UHGV virus genome: UHGV-0393070
Origin: a virus
Strand: one strand, 5' to 3'
DNA: 54,012 nucleotides
Shown here: in pieces, positions 1-8,499 of the stretch
How positions within the stretch are numbered: position 1 is the stretch's first letter
How the letters are laid out: every line of letters starts with the position of its first letter
Made by a program: the position numbers and the translations under genes
The notes under the pieces: model-generated
Databases searched by the model: none
The model's input: only the letters and a program-made list of their open reading frames with translations
Told to the model about the DNA's origin: nothing

Positions 1-99
1 GCCGGATCAGATATCTGGTGAACTGCGATTTATTTGATTCGTAAGGTTTCACGCTCTCTCCTCATCTCGCGATCTGGGCACATAGCGAATTTTTATTCG

Positions 100-135
100 T
101 TCAGGCAATAAAAAACCCCGCCGGAGCGAGGTCTG
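100..135 (-). terminator. Possible rho-independent terminator downstream of the leftward 151..423 gene
   Basis: A GC-rich CCCCGCCGG/GCGAGG imperfect hairpin adjoins an A-run on the plus strand (T-run on the minus strand). The stem is imperfect. Confidence 0.3.
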
Positions 136-150
136 TTTAGTAATAATTTC

Positions 151-423
151 TTAATCTACTGGTAGAGGATTGTACTTTAAGATTGCTTTAATTATCTGGT
201 CATCTGACGGTTCTTCGCCATATACGCCAATCAAAAATCCGCCTTTTTCTGGGTATGCAGTACTAATTTTATATGCAACATGCTTTATCTTAAAGCCAAC
301 CACGTCTGCCCCAGTAGGGGACATTTCAGCCTTGCTGTTGAAATAACAAGTATCCTTACTGTGCTCAACGCGTCGCTTAGTACCATCATGTCCTGCTCCA
401 AAAAGCAAAATGTCTTTCATCAT
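151..423 (-). CDS. Hypothetical phage protein (90 aa)
   Basis: A 90-aa ORF in the leftward early operon. It has the same orientation and tight spacing as its neighbours, and I recognise no motif. Confidence 0.4.
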   Translation of the reverse strand: MMKDILLFGAGHDGTKRRVEHSKDTCYFNSKAEMSPTGADVVGFKIKHVAYKISTAYPEKGGFLIGVYGEEPSDDQIIKAILKYNPLPVD

Positions 424-497
424 ATAACCTCCTGAAACTAGTTACCCTCTCCCTGCTGGAAGTACACAATGATTTAGACTGCGAATTATAAGAATGG

Positions 498-719
498 TTA
501 CATTCCCCTCTGCTTATTCCTCAATTCGATAACGCCCTGGCACTCCGCGCAGTTCTGGCAGCCGGGAACGGCAGCGCGCCGTGGCTCGGGAATTGGTTCG
601 TCGCATTCTTCACAACGCTCAGCTGATACGGCGTTACGGTTCACTCGGTGAGCGGAAAGGGCAGCGTTACGCTGAAGCTCTTCAATCTCTGCTGCGGTAT
701 CGATGATGTCCATGGTCAA
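498..719 (-). CDS. TraR/DksA-family C4 zinc-finger protein
   Basis: A 73-aa protein carrying a CEEC-x17-CQNCAEC four-cysteine zinc finger near the C-terminus. This is typical of phage TraR/DksA-like proteins in lambdoid early-left regions. Confidence 0.8.
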   Translation of the reverse strand: MTMDIIDTAAEIEELQRNAALSAHRVNRNAVSAERCEECDEPIPEPRRAAVPGCQNCAECQGVIELRNKQRGM

Positions 720-804
720 TGCTCCCGGAACTGTCTGTTAATTCGGTTGAAGGTGAACGCCAGCAATAAAAAAGGAGCCTTAAGCTCCTGGGTGATGAGT
801 GCCT

Positions 805-1320
805 TCATGCGACACCACTTTCGCTTGCGTCAAGGTCATCAAAAAGGCTCCAGTAACGAGACCAATCAGGCTGTTTGTAATCTTCGGTTTCCTCATCCCA
901 CTCGCCAAGAAATGGGTTTTCACATACCGAAGTGAGCCATAAACCAATAGCCGGGCACTCAGGTGAGCTTTCAAAAATTTCAGCAATGCGGGGCCAATGG
1001 TTTACATATTTATCATCAGCTGGGAAGTCAGTTAGGTATTTGCGAATGCAATCTGCTGCCAGCGAGTAATGCTCCTGCTTCACATACATACGGTCGTATG
1101 TCATAGCGAGGACAGCACGATGGTGATAGGGAATATCAAGGCGGTTAGCCAGGGGCCAAAGGCTATCTATTTTCATCGTGTACTGATGGGCCGGTAGACC
1201 AAGATATTTCATTGCCATGTCGTTCCAGATGACAGGGCCGCTTCCCCAGCCATTGCGGAGCTCTTCATCTTCTTCAGACTTCTCGCCCGGCCAAACTTTT
1301 ATAACTGTTGAATAACTCAC
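805..1320 (-). CDS. Hypothetical phage protein (171 aa)
   Basis: An ORF in the leftward operon that is acidic and Trp-rich. No motif recognised. Confidence 0.4.
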   Translation of the reverse strand: MSYSTVIKVWPGEKSEEDEELRNGWGSGPVIWNDMAMKYLGLPAHQYTMKIDSLWPLANRLDIPYHHRAVLAMTYDRMYVKQEHYSLAADCIRKYLTDFPADDKYVNHWPRIAEIFESSPECPAIGLWLTSVCENPFLGEWDEETEDYKQPDWSRYWSLFDDLDASESGVA

Positions 1321-1535
1321 GATTCCACTCCGAAGCGGCGATTAAGCCGACCTGTATATACGACGAACTCAAGGAAGCTAACTCCCAGAGCTTCAATTTT
1401 CTTGTGATGCTTGTTGATGATGGGAGGCACCGTTTCGTTCCAGTTAGGCTTTGGATTCTTGCGCATGGCCTGCTGGATTTCTTCGGTGCAGCGGCGGCAG
1501 GCTGCGCGGATGGCGTTGTCTTTTTCTGGTGTCAT
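1317..1535 (-). CDS. Hypothetical small phage protein (72 aa)
   Basis: It overlaps the upstream gene by 4 nt (translational coupling). Basic and Cys-containing; no motif recognised. Confidence 0.35.
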   Translation of the reverse strand: MTPEKDNAIRAACRRCTEEIQQAMRKNPKPNWNETVPPIINKHHKKIEALGVSFLEFVVYTGRLNRRFGVES

Positions 1536-1537
1536 GG

Positions 1538-3697
1538 TTAAATCCCCAAAGTGGCGACGATATCCTTCGCAGTCTCACGTGTGCTGCCCTTGCTGGATAT
1601 CGCCCGCCGGGCATCAACATGGTGAAGGGTGAATCCGTGTTGCTCATAAAGTTCAAGCACTCGTGGCGCTGTTGAGTTACTGATAAGAACTTTCGCGCCT
1701 CGCTGGTGGGCTGCTACACAGCTTTCCGCAAGTGAAATCTGATCAGCCCATGAGAAACCGCCTGCGGCGTAGTTTGTGAAGCCTGCGGTGCCGGGCAACG
1801 GCTCATACGGCGGGTCGCAGTAAACCACATCACCTTCACCGGCCAGCGCCAGGGTCCTGTGATATCCAGCATTCAGGAACACGCATTTATGCGACTTCTG
1901 CTTAAAAGCCTTTATCTCAATCTCTGGGAAATAGGGCGCTTCGTACTTGCCCCAGCCAACATTAAAGAAACCATCACGGTTGTAGCGAATCAGGCCGTTA
2001 AAGCAGTGTCGATTGAGGAAGAGAAAGGCTGCTGCGCGCTTCGGCGCGCCCATGCGCTGGTTATTAAACTCATCCCGAAGCTCTTTGTACGCCGCCTCAC
2101 TGTTGGCGCGCTCAAACAATATTTTGGCAAGCGAGCATACTCTGATGTGGTCAACTTCAAGCATCTGATAGAGGTTAATCAGATCTGCATTGACGTCAGC
2201 AAGCAGGAAAGATTCATGTTTTTCGGAGTTGAGAAATACCGAGCCGCCACCAACGAATGGCTCAACGAGGCGTTTACCGGCTGGGATCAGGCGATCCAGT
2301 TCCGGAAGCAGGGAATATTTCCCGCCAGCCCATTTCAGGAACGGGCGCTGCCAGTTGCGCGGTGCAGGCGCTTCGACTGGCAGCTCGGCGGCGATGCGCT
2401 CACCAATCCAGCGCATTACCGGTACTGCCATGCTATTGCCGATAGCTTTGTAGCGCAGCCCGTCTGGGCATTCATCAGCATCCTTCCCGCGCCAGCCGAT
2501 CAGAGTGTGATTATCAGGAAAGCCCTGAAGGCGCTCGCATTCGACAGGTGTAAGGCGACGGACAGCCATTAAGTCGTGAGTTACAGGTATATGGCCACCT
2601 CCAGAGCCCATTGCTTCGGTGAGAGTTGGGCAAATACCTACCTCTATCCCCGCTTTAGGGTGTTGCCCCCCTAAGATTCCAGGCTGAAGAAATAAAGCAT
2701 TTTCCTGCCCGTTATTTCGGCCCAGTGTGTGAGCAAGATTTTTTAAGGTGTCAGGATCTTGTGTTCTATGAACTGATATAACAGCTAGGTCAGTGGCATC
2801 CTTATAATCCCTCGCCTTAACTGTCGATGCAGTCTCATCATCAGCATATTCTCCAAATGCAGTCATTCGATATGCGCCTACAATTCCGCTACCTCTTTGA
2901 CTGAAAATCTCCTGATTACTTTGTCCGATTCCGCCGATGTTATGAGATTGGTTTAGGGTTGGATGTGGGTTTGTTGGGTCATCCCAGTGGCTACCGTTTT
3001 CAGCGCTTTTTCCAGCATTGACGGGAGGTTCCGTTTCCGATGTTCTGCTCGGCGCAGAATCCCGGCGCACGCTGTCGAGCTCAAATAATATTTTTGCAGG
3101 ATCGAATCCGTCACGAGCGCTTGCGACAACAAACACACGGCGGCGTCGTTGGGCCACTCCGAAAAATTGAGCATCAAGGACTCGCCAGGCGATAACCCTT
3201 TCTGGTCCAGACACACAACCTGCGTGCGTCCATTTTCCCCCTGCTGGCTGCAACTCACTGCTTTCTCCGGCAAGTCCTGCCAGAAAGCACCCGAAGGCAT
3301 TGTCTTTGCTGCTGAGCACGCCCGGGACGTTTTCCCAGACGATGATTGATTCTGGTTCACCGCGTTCGCGGCGCTTTGCGTCGATTGCATTGGCTAATTC
3401 CACGTAAGAGAGGGTTAACTGCCCGCGGTCATCAGACAGACCTTCGCGTAAGCCGGCGATGCTGAATGCCTGGCAAGGCGTGCCACCGACCAGAACATCA
3501 GGCGCTTCAACTTCACCAGCGCGTACCGCATCGGCGATTTTGGTCATGTCGCCAAGATTGGTTACTTTCGGCCAGTGATGGGCGAGGACAGCTGAGGGGA
3601 AGGCTTCGATCTCAGAGAACCAGGCAGGTTTCCAGCCAAGAGGTTCCCACGCTTTACTGGCAGCTTCGATGCCGCTGCACACGCTTCCGTATTTCAT
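1538..3697 (-). CDS. Fused DNA methyltransferase: N-terminal C5-cytosine MTase domain plus C-terminal Dam-like N6-adenine MTase domain
   Basis: The N-terminal ~440 aa carry C5-MTase motif I (GSVCSGIEAAS), motif IV (GGTPCQAFSIAG), motif VI (IIVWENVPGVLS) and C-terminal motifs (RRLTPVECERLQGFPD, GNSMAVPV). The C-terminal ~280 aa carry the D12/Dam signatures FLKWAGGK and VVYCDPPY (DPPY catalytic motif). The result is one 719-aa ORF. Confidence 0.85.
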   Translation of the reverse strand: MKYGSVCSGIEAASKAWEPLGWKPAWFSEIEAFPSAVLAHHWPKVTNLGDMTKIADAVRAGEVEAPDVLVGGTPCQAFSIAGLREGLSDDRGQLTLSYVELANAIDAKRRERGEPESIIVWENVPGVLSSKDNAFGCFLAGLAGESSELQPAGGKWTHAGCVSGPERVIAWRVLDAQFFGVAQRRRRVFVVASARDGFDPAKILFELDSVRRDSAPSRTSETEPPVNAGKSAENGSHWDDPTNPHPTLNQSHNIGGIGQSNQEIFSQRGSGIVGAYRMTAFGEYADDETASTVKARDYKDATDLAVISVHRTQDPDTLKNLAHTLGRNNGQENALFLQPGILGGQHPKAGIEVGICPTLTEAMGSGGGHIPVTHDLMAVRRLTPVECERLQGFPDNHTLIGWRGKDADECPDGLRYKAIGNSMAVPVMRWIGERIAAELPVEAPAPRNWQRPFLKWAGGKYSLLPELDRLIPAGKRLVEPFVGGGSVFLNSEKHESFLLADVNADLINLYQMLEVDHIRVCSLAKILFERANSEAAYKELRDEFNNQRMGAPKRAAAFLFLNRHCFNGLIRYNRDGFFNVGWGKYEAPYFPEIEIKAFKQKSHKCVFLNAGYHRTLALAGEGDVVYCDPPYEPLPGTAGFTNYAAGGFSWADQISLAESCVAAHQRGAKVLISNSTAPRVLELYEQHGFTLHHVDARRAISSKGSTRETAKDIVATLGI

Positions 3698-3858
3698 GAT
3701 GTACGCTCCGGATCGTTAACATCCCAGCCATTACGCTCAATATTGGTTTGCAGCCGCTTATCTCCGACCTCATCGATGCTGCGGCCGGTAATCTCAGCGA
3801 CTTCAGCGTTTGAGTGTCGCCACAGCAGCGCCAGCTCTTCGAGTGACCACGCTTTCAT
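3694..3858 (-). CDS. Small hypothetical protein (54 aa), translationally coupled on both sides
   Basis: [20 protein letters not shown].. ORF not in the supplied >=60 aa track. Its ATG overlaps the stop of the upstream gene (ATGA), and its TGA overlaps the ATG of the methyltransferase. Confidence 0.35.
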   Translation of the reverse strand: MKAWSLEELALLWRHSNAEVAEITGRSIDEVGDKRLQTNIERNGWDVNDPERTS

Positions 3859-4289
3859 AGCACTGACTCCATTTCGTCGATGTAGAGGCCCTGAGCAATC
3901 AGTCTGCTACGGCGTGCGGCACGTTCGATGCATTCCTGCCGCCTACCTTCCTGCGACTGCTCTATGGCGCGCCGGGTGAACAGGCGCGATTTACCCTGTG
4001 GTGTTACGACCTTAGGCTTCGTGACGAGGTCGAATGTCCGGTCACAGATGCCGTCCTCGTTAAGCCATTTATCAGACTCAACGATCTGCGCTATCTGTCC
4101 GGAGCCGCGGGTAATGCCGTTGGCAACCCGGTTAAACTCGATGAGCGTTACGCCAAACTTCTCAGCGATTTCGCTACCGGTTACCGGGCGGCCGCGCGTC
4201 TGAATCATCCAGATAACGCGTTCACGTAGGCCGGAGAATTGCCCGGTTCGCCCGGGCCGGCGGTAAAAGGGTGTGCGTTTCATTTCCAC
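3855..4289 (-). CDS. Hypothetical phage protein with possible HTH (144 aa)
   Basis: An ORF in the early-left operon. The segment [25 protein letters not shown] looks helix-turn-helix-like, and the C-terminus is Arg-rich. Confidence 0.4.
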   Translation of the reverse strand: MEMKRTPFYRRPGRTGQFSGLRERVIWMIQTRGRPVTGSEIAEKFGVTLIEFNRVANGITRGSGQIAQIVESDKWLNEDGICDRTFDLVTKPKVVTPQGKSRLFTRRAIEQSQEGRRQECIERAARRSRLIAQGLYIDEMESVL

Positions 4290-4960
4290 TGTTCCCCGAA
4301 CGTGAAGCCGATCTCTGCCAGCGCCTCGTCCATCTTCTCAATGAACTCCGGCACCATTTCGTTGAAATCGGTCATGTACTGCGGATCCCGCTCAACGACG
4401 ACATGGTGAATGCCTTCGCGCTTCATGCGTGGGTCGTAGTTGGCAAAGAACCAGGCGTCTTTTCCGGTAACCCACATGCTGTACTGCACCTGGGCCATGT
4501 ACGCAGACTTGATGGCTTCGAAACCGCCAAGGCGGAATTTCATGAAATCGCGGGAGGTGAACGGGCATTTCAATTCGAGGCCGAAATCGTTACTGCAAAG
4601 GCCGTCAGGGGAGCACGCGGTGCGCATGCTCTCGTCACGGAACAAGATCGGAGACTCCGTGACTTTCACGTCAGTAGTGAACTCGAATAGCGTGCGGGCG
4701 TCCTCCTCGTACTGCTTGCCCCAGGCCAGCGCCTTGGCGTTAACCTCTGGCGCCACGCCTGTGCATACCTCGGCGAGCAAGGTGTGAAAGTAGGACATTT
4801 TCATGTCTGTCCACTTCTTCCCCGATCTTGGCTTGGCTATGACGTTATGCACTTCGGAGGCTGTGATAACGCCGAGGCGCAGCCGGTGCCACGCCTCATC
4901 GCCCTGTTGAATAGTGGTTACGTCAATACCGGTCCGGGCAAGGATAATTTCTGGTGTCAT
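4280..4960 (-). CDS. exo: Lambda-type exonuclease (Red-alpha, YqaJ-like recombination exonuclease)
   Basis: The 226-aa product is near-collinear with lambda Exo along its length ([14 protein letters not shown].., [57 protein letters not shown]). It sits upstream of bet as in lambda. Confidence 0.9.
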   Translation of the reverse strand: MTPEIILARTGIDVTTIQQGDEAWHRLRLGVITASEVHNVIAKPRSGKKWTDMKMSYFHTLLAEVCTGVAPEVNAKALAWGKQYEEDARTLFEFTTDVKVTESPILFRDESMRTACSPDGLCSNDFGLELKCPFTSRDFMKFRLGGFEAIKSAYMAQVQYSMWVTGKDAWFFANYDPRMKREGIHHVVVERDPQYMTDFNEMVPEFIEKMDEALAEIGFTFGEQWK

Positions 4961-5817
4961 GCTGCCGCCTTAGCCCTTTTCTGAAGGAAGCCAAACCCTT
5001 TCTGCGCCTCTTCTTCAGTGAGTTCTGACGCCTCAAGAATTTGCCGTTTGAAGATGTCGCTGCACAGTGGGAGGAAGTCTTTCTCCCAGTCTTTATCCAG
5101 GGCTGTTAAGAGATCGGTGATCGCCTGGAGCGTTTCTTCGCTTGCTGCTGGTGGAAGTGATTCTGTTGTGCTGCGGGGAGTGACGTCACGGATATCAACA
5201 TCCAGTGATTTTCCTTCCATTTCTTCGGCGGTAGGCTGCTGTCCAATCTCAGGCCATGCCTTACGCAACGCCTGGGCTTCTGCGCATTTAGCCAGCTGGC
5301 CGTATGGGCGCTTTTTCCACATCGCGTTCGGCGCCGTGGTGTCGCGTCCGCCGGTGGCGTAGTTTTCAATCCAGTATTCTTTGGCGCTGAACTCGACGAT
5401 CTCTCCGCTGGGCATGCGCTTGTAGACGGTGTATTTGCACCACTGAGGGAAGGTTACCTCGACACCAGAAAGCGTCTGCGTCGTGTCTGGACCGAACTCT
5501 GGTTCGCGGGCACCGGCATAATCACCTGAGCGGTCCGCCTGAATGCGGTAAAGCCCGATGCCCGGCATTACCACGTCACGCCATTCGCTTTTACCCGTTC
5601 TTGAGTCTTTGACGCTCATCGGCACGAGGTGAACAGGCTTCAGCAACGGATCCAACTGGCGGGCACGGCAGTAATCGAGCGCCATCATTACCGATTCGTC
5701 TTTGGCGCCAGGGTAGATACTGTTCTTCAGCGCGCTCCAGGTAGCGACGTCGATACCTTTTTCCGCCAGCGCACTCGCCGTGATTGTTAATTCGTTTGCC
5801 ATCGTTAATCCCCTCAA
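4957..5817 (-). CDS. bet: Single-strand annealing recombinase (Bet/RecT family)
   Basis: It is adjacent to and coupled with exo. The C-terminal segment ([43 protein letters not shown]) resembles the lambda Bet C-terminus, and the N-terminal region is RecT-like. Confidence 0.8.
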   Translation of the reverse strand: MRGLTMANELTITASALAEKGIDVATWSALKNSIYPGAKDESVMMALDYCRARQLDPLLKPVHLVPMSVKDSRTGKSEWRDVVMPGIGLYRIQADRSGDYAGAREPEFGPDTTQTLSGVEVTFPQWCKYTVYKRMPSGEIVEFSAKEYWIENYATGGRDTTAPNAMWKKRPYGQLAKCAEAQALRKAWPEIGQQPTAEEMEGKSLDVDIRDVTPRSTTESLPPAASEETLQAITDLLTALDKDWEKDFLPLCSDIFKRQILEASELTEEEAQKGFGFLQKRAKAAA

Positions 5818-5820
5818 TAA

Positions 5821-6108
5821 TTAAAACGGGCACCCGGTACGGTGTTCCCAGTCGTATTCCGCCTGGGCGTAAGCAACTGCCGAAATGAAATCGTTGTAGG
5901 CCTCGCCAGCTTTATCGCTGCGAAGCCCTTCGTATGGACTGGAGTCAATCGGGATCGTGAAGTGGAAGAGGCCGGACGGCTCTTTTGGCATCATGTCGAT
6001 GATTTTCTGCGCCCGGTCGTCGATCCACTTCTCTTTCTCGTCGTCGAGCTGCTGCTCAACCCAGCGCCGATCTTCGATGCGGTCGTAAGTGAGGTATGCG
6101 TTCATGGT
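5821..6108 (-). CDS. gam: Gam-like host nuclease (RecBCD) inhibitor
   Basis: From the internal Met (MNAYLTYDRIEDRRWVEQQLDDEKEK..) the sequence resembles lambda Gam ([22 protein letters not shown]..). Position immediately after bet matches lambda. The upstream in-frame extension to 6282 is probably not translated. Confidence 0.7.
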   Translation of the reverse strand, partial: TMNAYLTYDRIEDRRWVEQQLDDEKEKWIDDRAQKIIDMMPKEPSGLFHFTIPIDSSPYEGLRSDKAGEAYNDFISAVAYAQAEYDWEHRTGCPF

Positions 6109-6176
6109 TGAACTCCTGAAATTTGGATGTGCAGATCCCGCCCGCAGAAAGCCAGGCCGATCGGTTGAATAGGGGA

Positions 6177-6374
6177 TTAGTGCTGCGCGATGTCTTTCGC
6201 CGGGAACTCGCCGTTGCGGAGGATGCTTTCTACCGGCCAGCATTCCGCTGTTACTTTCTGCTCTGTAGCTGCCTGGCTGCATTCCTGCTGGCTGTCGTAA
6301 ACGCCGAGAATGACGTCCTGGTAATCACCGTTGGTCATTGCCACGGTCAGGACGAGCGCGAATAAAGTTTCCAT
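6177..6374 (-). CDS. Small hypothetical protein (65 aa) with hydrophobic N-terminus
   Basis: The METLFALVLTVAMTNGDY.. start overlaps the stop of the upstream small ORF (TGATG). It occupies the kil/cIII position of the lambda map. Confidence 0.4.
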   Translation of the reverse strand: METLFALVLTVAMTNGDYQDVILGVYDSQQECSQAATEQKVTAECWPVESILRNGEFPAKDIAQH

Positions 6375-6502
6375 CAGTGAAGAGTCCTCCCGATGGCGAC
6401 GGCGTAAAGGCGCTTTGCTTCTTCCCACGCCGGAGCATTGCGATGGAGTACCGCGAACGACGCGAGCCGTTGGGCCTCTCTGATCTGCTGCTGGTTTACC
6501 AT
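6374..6502 (-). CDS. Small hypothetical protein (42 aa)
   Basis: MVNQQQIREAQRLASFAVLHRNAPAWEEAKRLYAVAIGRTLH is preceded by an AGAGGA RBS. It is not in the supplied track because it is under 60 aa. Confidence 0.3.
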   Translation of the reverse strand: MVNQQQIREAQRLASFAVLHRNAPAWEEAKRLYAVAIGRTLH

Positions 6503-6624
6503 GATTTCCTCTTGGCCTTATCGCGGCGAACGGAACGGTTAATACAAGACTTCTGCGCTAATGGGCGGTGGATGGCCGCCGGTTGTCATAACTAAGCCGC
6601 CTCGGTGAAGCGACTGAGGTATGA

Positions 6625-6650
6625 AGCATTAAAAAACCCGCCGTAGCGGG
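6625..6650 (-). terminator. Rho-independent terminator
   Basis: Minus-strand sequence GACCCGCTACGGCGGGTTTTTT forms a perfect CCCGC/GCGGG stem followed by a T-run. It lies directly downstream of the leftward 6651..6995 gene. Confidence 0.7.
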
Positions 6651-6995
6651 TCATGACACTTTCTGTAGTGCTGATGTGCGTGGGTAGTAAAACTTTGGTT
6701 TCGCCGTCGACCCTTCCTTCGGATCAACTTTTACGGTGTAACGCGTTTGTTTTTTGTATTCCCACACTTCCGTAATCACACCAGTTTTCGTCTTCCAGCT
6801 GCCCGCGGCCTGGCTTGACCACGTAACAACATCTCCTTTCTTAAACTCCATCGCCTTACCCTCTGTAGTTACCCGCTGATGCGGGAGAAATGCTTTGGCG
6901 ATTGGATGGCCGGCGCTGATCTCCGGCTTACTGGTTAGAGCGCCCGCACTAACAGTGACTCTGTCTTGAGGCGCAGATTGGTTACTGCTTGCCAT
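6651..6995 (-). CDS. DUF2945-like small protein (KGDxVxW, beta-rich); may start at the internal Met at 6851
   Basis: The C-terminal 66 aa (MEFKKGDVVTWSSQAAGSWKTKTGVITEV.. YTVKVD) match the DUF2945 pattern. It is the first gene downstream of the OL/PL region. Confidence 0.45.
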   Translation of the reverse strand: MASSNQSAPQDRVTVSAGALTSKPEISAGHPIAKAFLPHQRVTTEGKAMEFKKGDVVTWSSQAAGSWKTKTGVITEVWEYKKQTRYTVKVDPKEGSTAKPKFYYPRTSALQKVS

Positions 6996-7285
6996 GAGCG
7001 CTGTGAATACATCGGTCGAGCATCAGCCTGCTCATTCATCCAATCCCAAAACATTCCCTGTTTTGGTCAGCGCCAACTCCCTGCCAGTGTTGCCCGTTCT
7101 CACGCCGTTCTCGCTCTCGCGCGGGGATACTCTCTCACCGACCGGATCGCACCCGGTGATACAGCACGTTTCTCGTGTAAGGGTCTAAACAGGTCATTGA
7201 CGCTGTAAATCTGCATGTTGTTAAAAAGCAGGCGACTTGCTTTCCGCCGCTGGCTAACTTCGCTCAGCTGTCGATGTTTCGTTTC

Positions 7286-7360
7286 GATGGGGTGAATTTA
7301 GCGTGATGCTAAATTATTGGCAATAGCAATATGCTAAATTATTTGCGGGTTAGATTTAGC
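7286..7360. promoter_or_regulatory. Left operator region (three OL sites) with presumed PL
   Basis: Three 17-bp sites of form TTTAGC-N5-GCTAAA: 7286..7302 is perfect (TTTAGCGTGATGCTAAA), while 7311..7327 and 7344..7360 each match one half-site perfectly and the other at 4/6. The same palindrome recurs on the other side of cI. Confidence 0.6.
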
Positions 7361-7411
7361 GTATTGATTAATAAGAGATTAAAAATTTACTTGATGGAAT
7401 TCAGGACGTAA

Positions 7412-7440
7412 AAAAGCCCGCTCGATGGCGGGCTTGATAA
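7412..7440 (-). terminator. Rho-independent terminator downstream of cI
   Basis: Minus-strand sequence AAGCCCGCCATCGAGCGGGCTTTTTT forms a perfect hairpin plus T-run 14 nt after the cI stop. Confidence 0.7.
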
Positions 7441-7453
7441 GATTAGCGTGAGA

Positions 7454-8131
7454 TTATGGGATATTCAGTATCTTGGCGTCGACCACAACACCGATGATTT
7501 TGCAGTTTCCATTAACCTCAATCATTGGATATGAGGGGTTAAGGGGCTTAAGGAAGCGCCTGCCTGCATCGATTACAAGCTTCTTAAAGGTCGCTTCGTT
7601 ATCGCCATCCAGCTTTGCCACAACCAACTTCCCGTTGCGCGGCTCGACTTCGGGATCCACCAATATGGCAGCACCTTCTGGAATGCTTAGGCCGGCAGGA
7701 GAGGTCATTGAGTCCCCTTTAACATCGAGCCAGAATGAATCTTCTGAACAGATAACAGTCGTGTCATACCAGCGATCAATCGCTCTTCGGTGATAAGGTT
7801 CTACAGCTTCCATCCATTGCCCCGCGCTTACCCAGCTGATTACAGGATAACTTCCTTTTGTTTCGTTGAGCCCCCGATATGAAACGTTCGAAGGTTCTTC
7901 ACTGGCGTGCAAAACATCCATCCAGCCAAAAGGCAGATCAAGCGCACTTTCAATTTTTCGAGCCATCTTATCGCCAATATTGCGATTAGGGTTTGGTCCC
8001 AGAAGCTGGCTAAGGGCTGCCGGACTTGTCTCAATGAGCTCGGCGAATTGCGCTTTGGTCATTCGAGACTCGTGCTGGCGCTTCTCATATAGCGCTTCTA
8101 GGTTGGACTTTCTGATTTCTTTATTTTCCAT
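7454..8131 (-). CDS. cI: CI-type prophage repressor (HTH_XRE plus S24 LexA-like peptidase domain)
   Basis: From MENKEIRKSNLEALYEKRQH.. there is an N-terminal HTH, then a C-terminal S24 autopeptidase region (WLDVKGDSMTSPAGLSIPEGAAILVDPEVEPRNGKLVVAKL). It is divergent from cro with the operator cluster between them. The annotated upstream extension to 8248 is unlikely. Confidence 0.85.
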   Translation of the reverse strand: MENKEIRKSNLEALYEKRQHESRMTKAQFAELIETSPAALSQLLGPNPNRNIGDKMARKIESALDLPFGWMDVLHASEEPSNVSYRGLNETKGSYPVISWVSAGQWMEAVEPYHRRAIDRWYDTTVICSEDSFWLDVKGDSMTSPAGLSIPEGAAILVDPEVEPRNGKLVVAKLDGDNEATFKKLVIDAGRRFLKPLNPSYPMIEVNGNCKIIGVVVDAKILNIP

Positions 8132-8148
8132 CCCTGCATTGTTACCGC

Positions 8149-8215
8149 TTTTAGCAAAATGATAAATGTGCAAATTGCTAAATGTTGCTTGCGTAGTATT
8201 TAGCATAACGCTAAA
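8149..8215. promoter_or_regulatory. Right operator region (OR1-3) with divergent PRM/PR promoters
   Basis: Three 17-bp sites: 8149..8165 TTTAGCAAAATGATAAA, 8166..8182 ATGTGCAAATTGCTAAA, and 8199..8215 TTTAGCATAACGCTAAA (perfect palindrome). They lie between divergent cI and cro and share the OL consensus. Confidence 0.65.
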
Positions 8216-8247
8216 CTCCAAATCAAACGACTCACCCGGAGACACCA

Positions 8248-8481
8248 ATGAGCAATGAACTACACCGCTGGCGCAAGGCAGCCACTACCGAAGAATGGGC
8301 TCAGCTCGCAAAGCTGGCTAACACCACGGCAGGTTATCTGGACCAGATCGCCTACGGAAATCGCCGGGCATCTCCAGAAATGGCATCTGCTATCGAGAAA
8401 GGCACGAAGAATTTTCACCACCAGGCTCCGGTCCTCAAGGAAAGCCTTGTATTCGCATCGCCGCGTGATACTGCGGCCTAA
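8248..8481 (+). CDS. cro: Cro-like HTH repressor
   Basis: A 77-aa protein with an HTH segment (EEWAQLAKLANTTAGYLDQIAYG), transcribed rightward from the operator region divergent from cI. Confidence 0.75.
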   Translation: MSNELHRWRKAATTEEWAQLAKLANTTAGYLDQIAYGNRRASPEMASAIEKGTKNFHHQAPVLKESLVFASPRDTAA

Positions 8482-8499
8482 CCACGAAAGGGAATGCAC

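Noticed and set aside
1859-3390. Several 60-240 aa ORFs on the plus strand and alternative minus frames inside the methyltransferase gene
   Set aside because: They are shadow ORFs within a long gene whose C5 and Dam motifs are unambiguous.
5018-5369. Antisense ORFs within bet (114 and 87 aa)
   Set aside because: They are shadow frames of a conserved recombinase gene.
6966-7208. Plus-strand ORFs (80 and 64 aa) between the DUF2945-like gene and OL, and a 38-aa Arg-rich minus-strand ORF considered as an N-like antiterminator
   Set aside because: The plus ORFs run against the leftward PL transcript. The minus ORF is too short and lacks an Arg-rich N-terminal motif. No N homologue could be supported.
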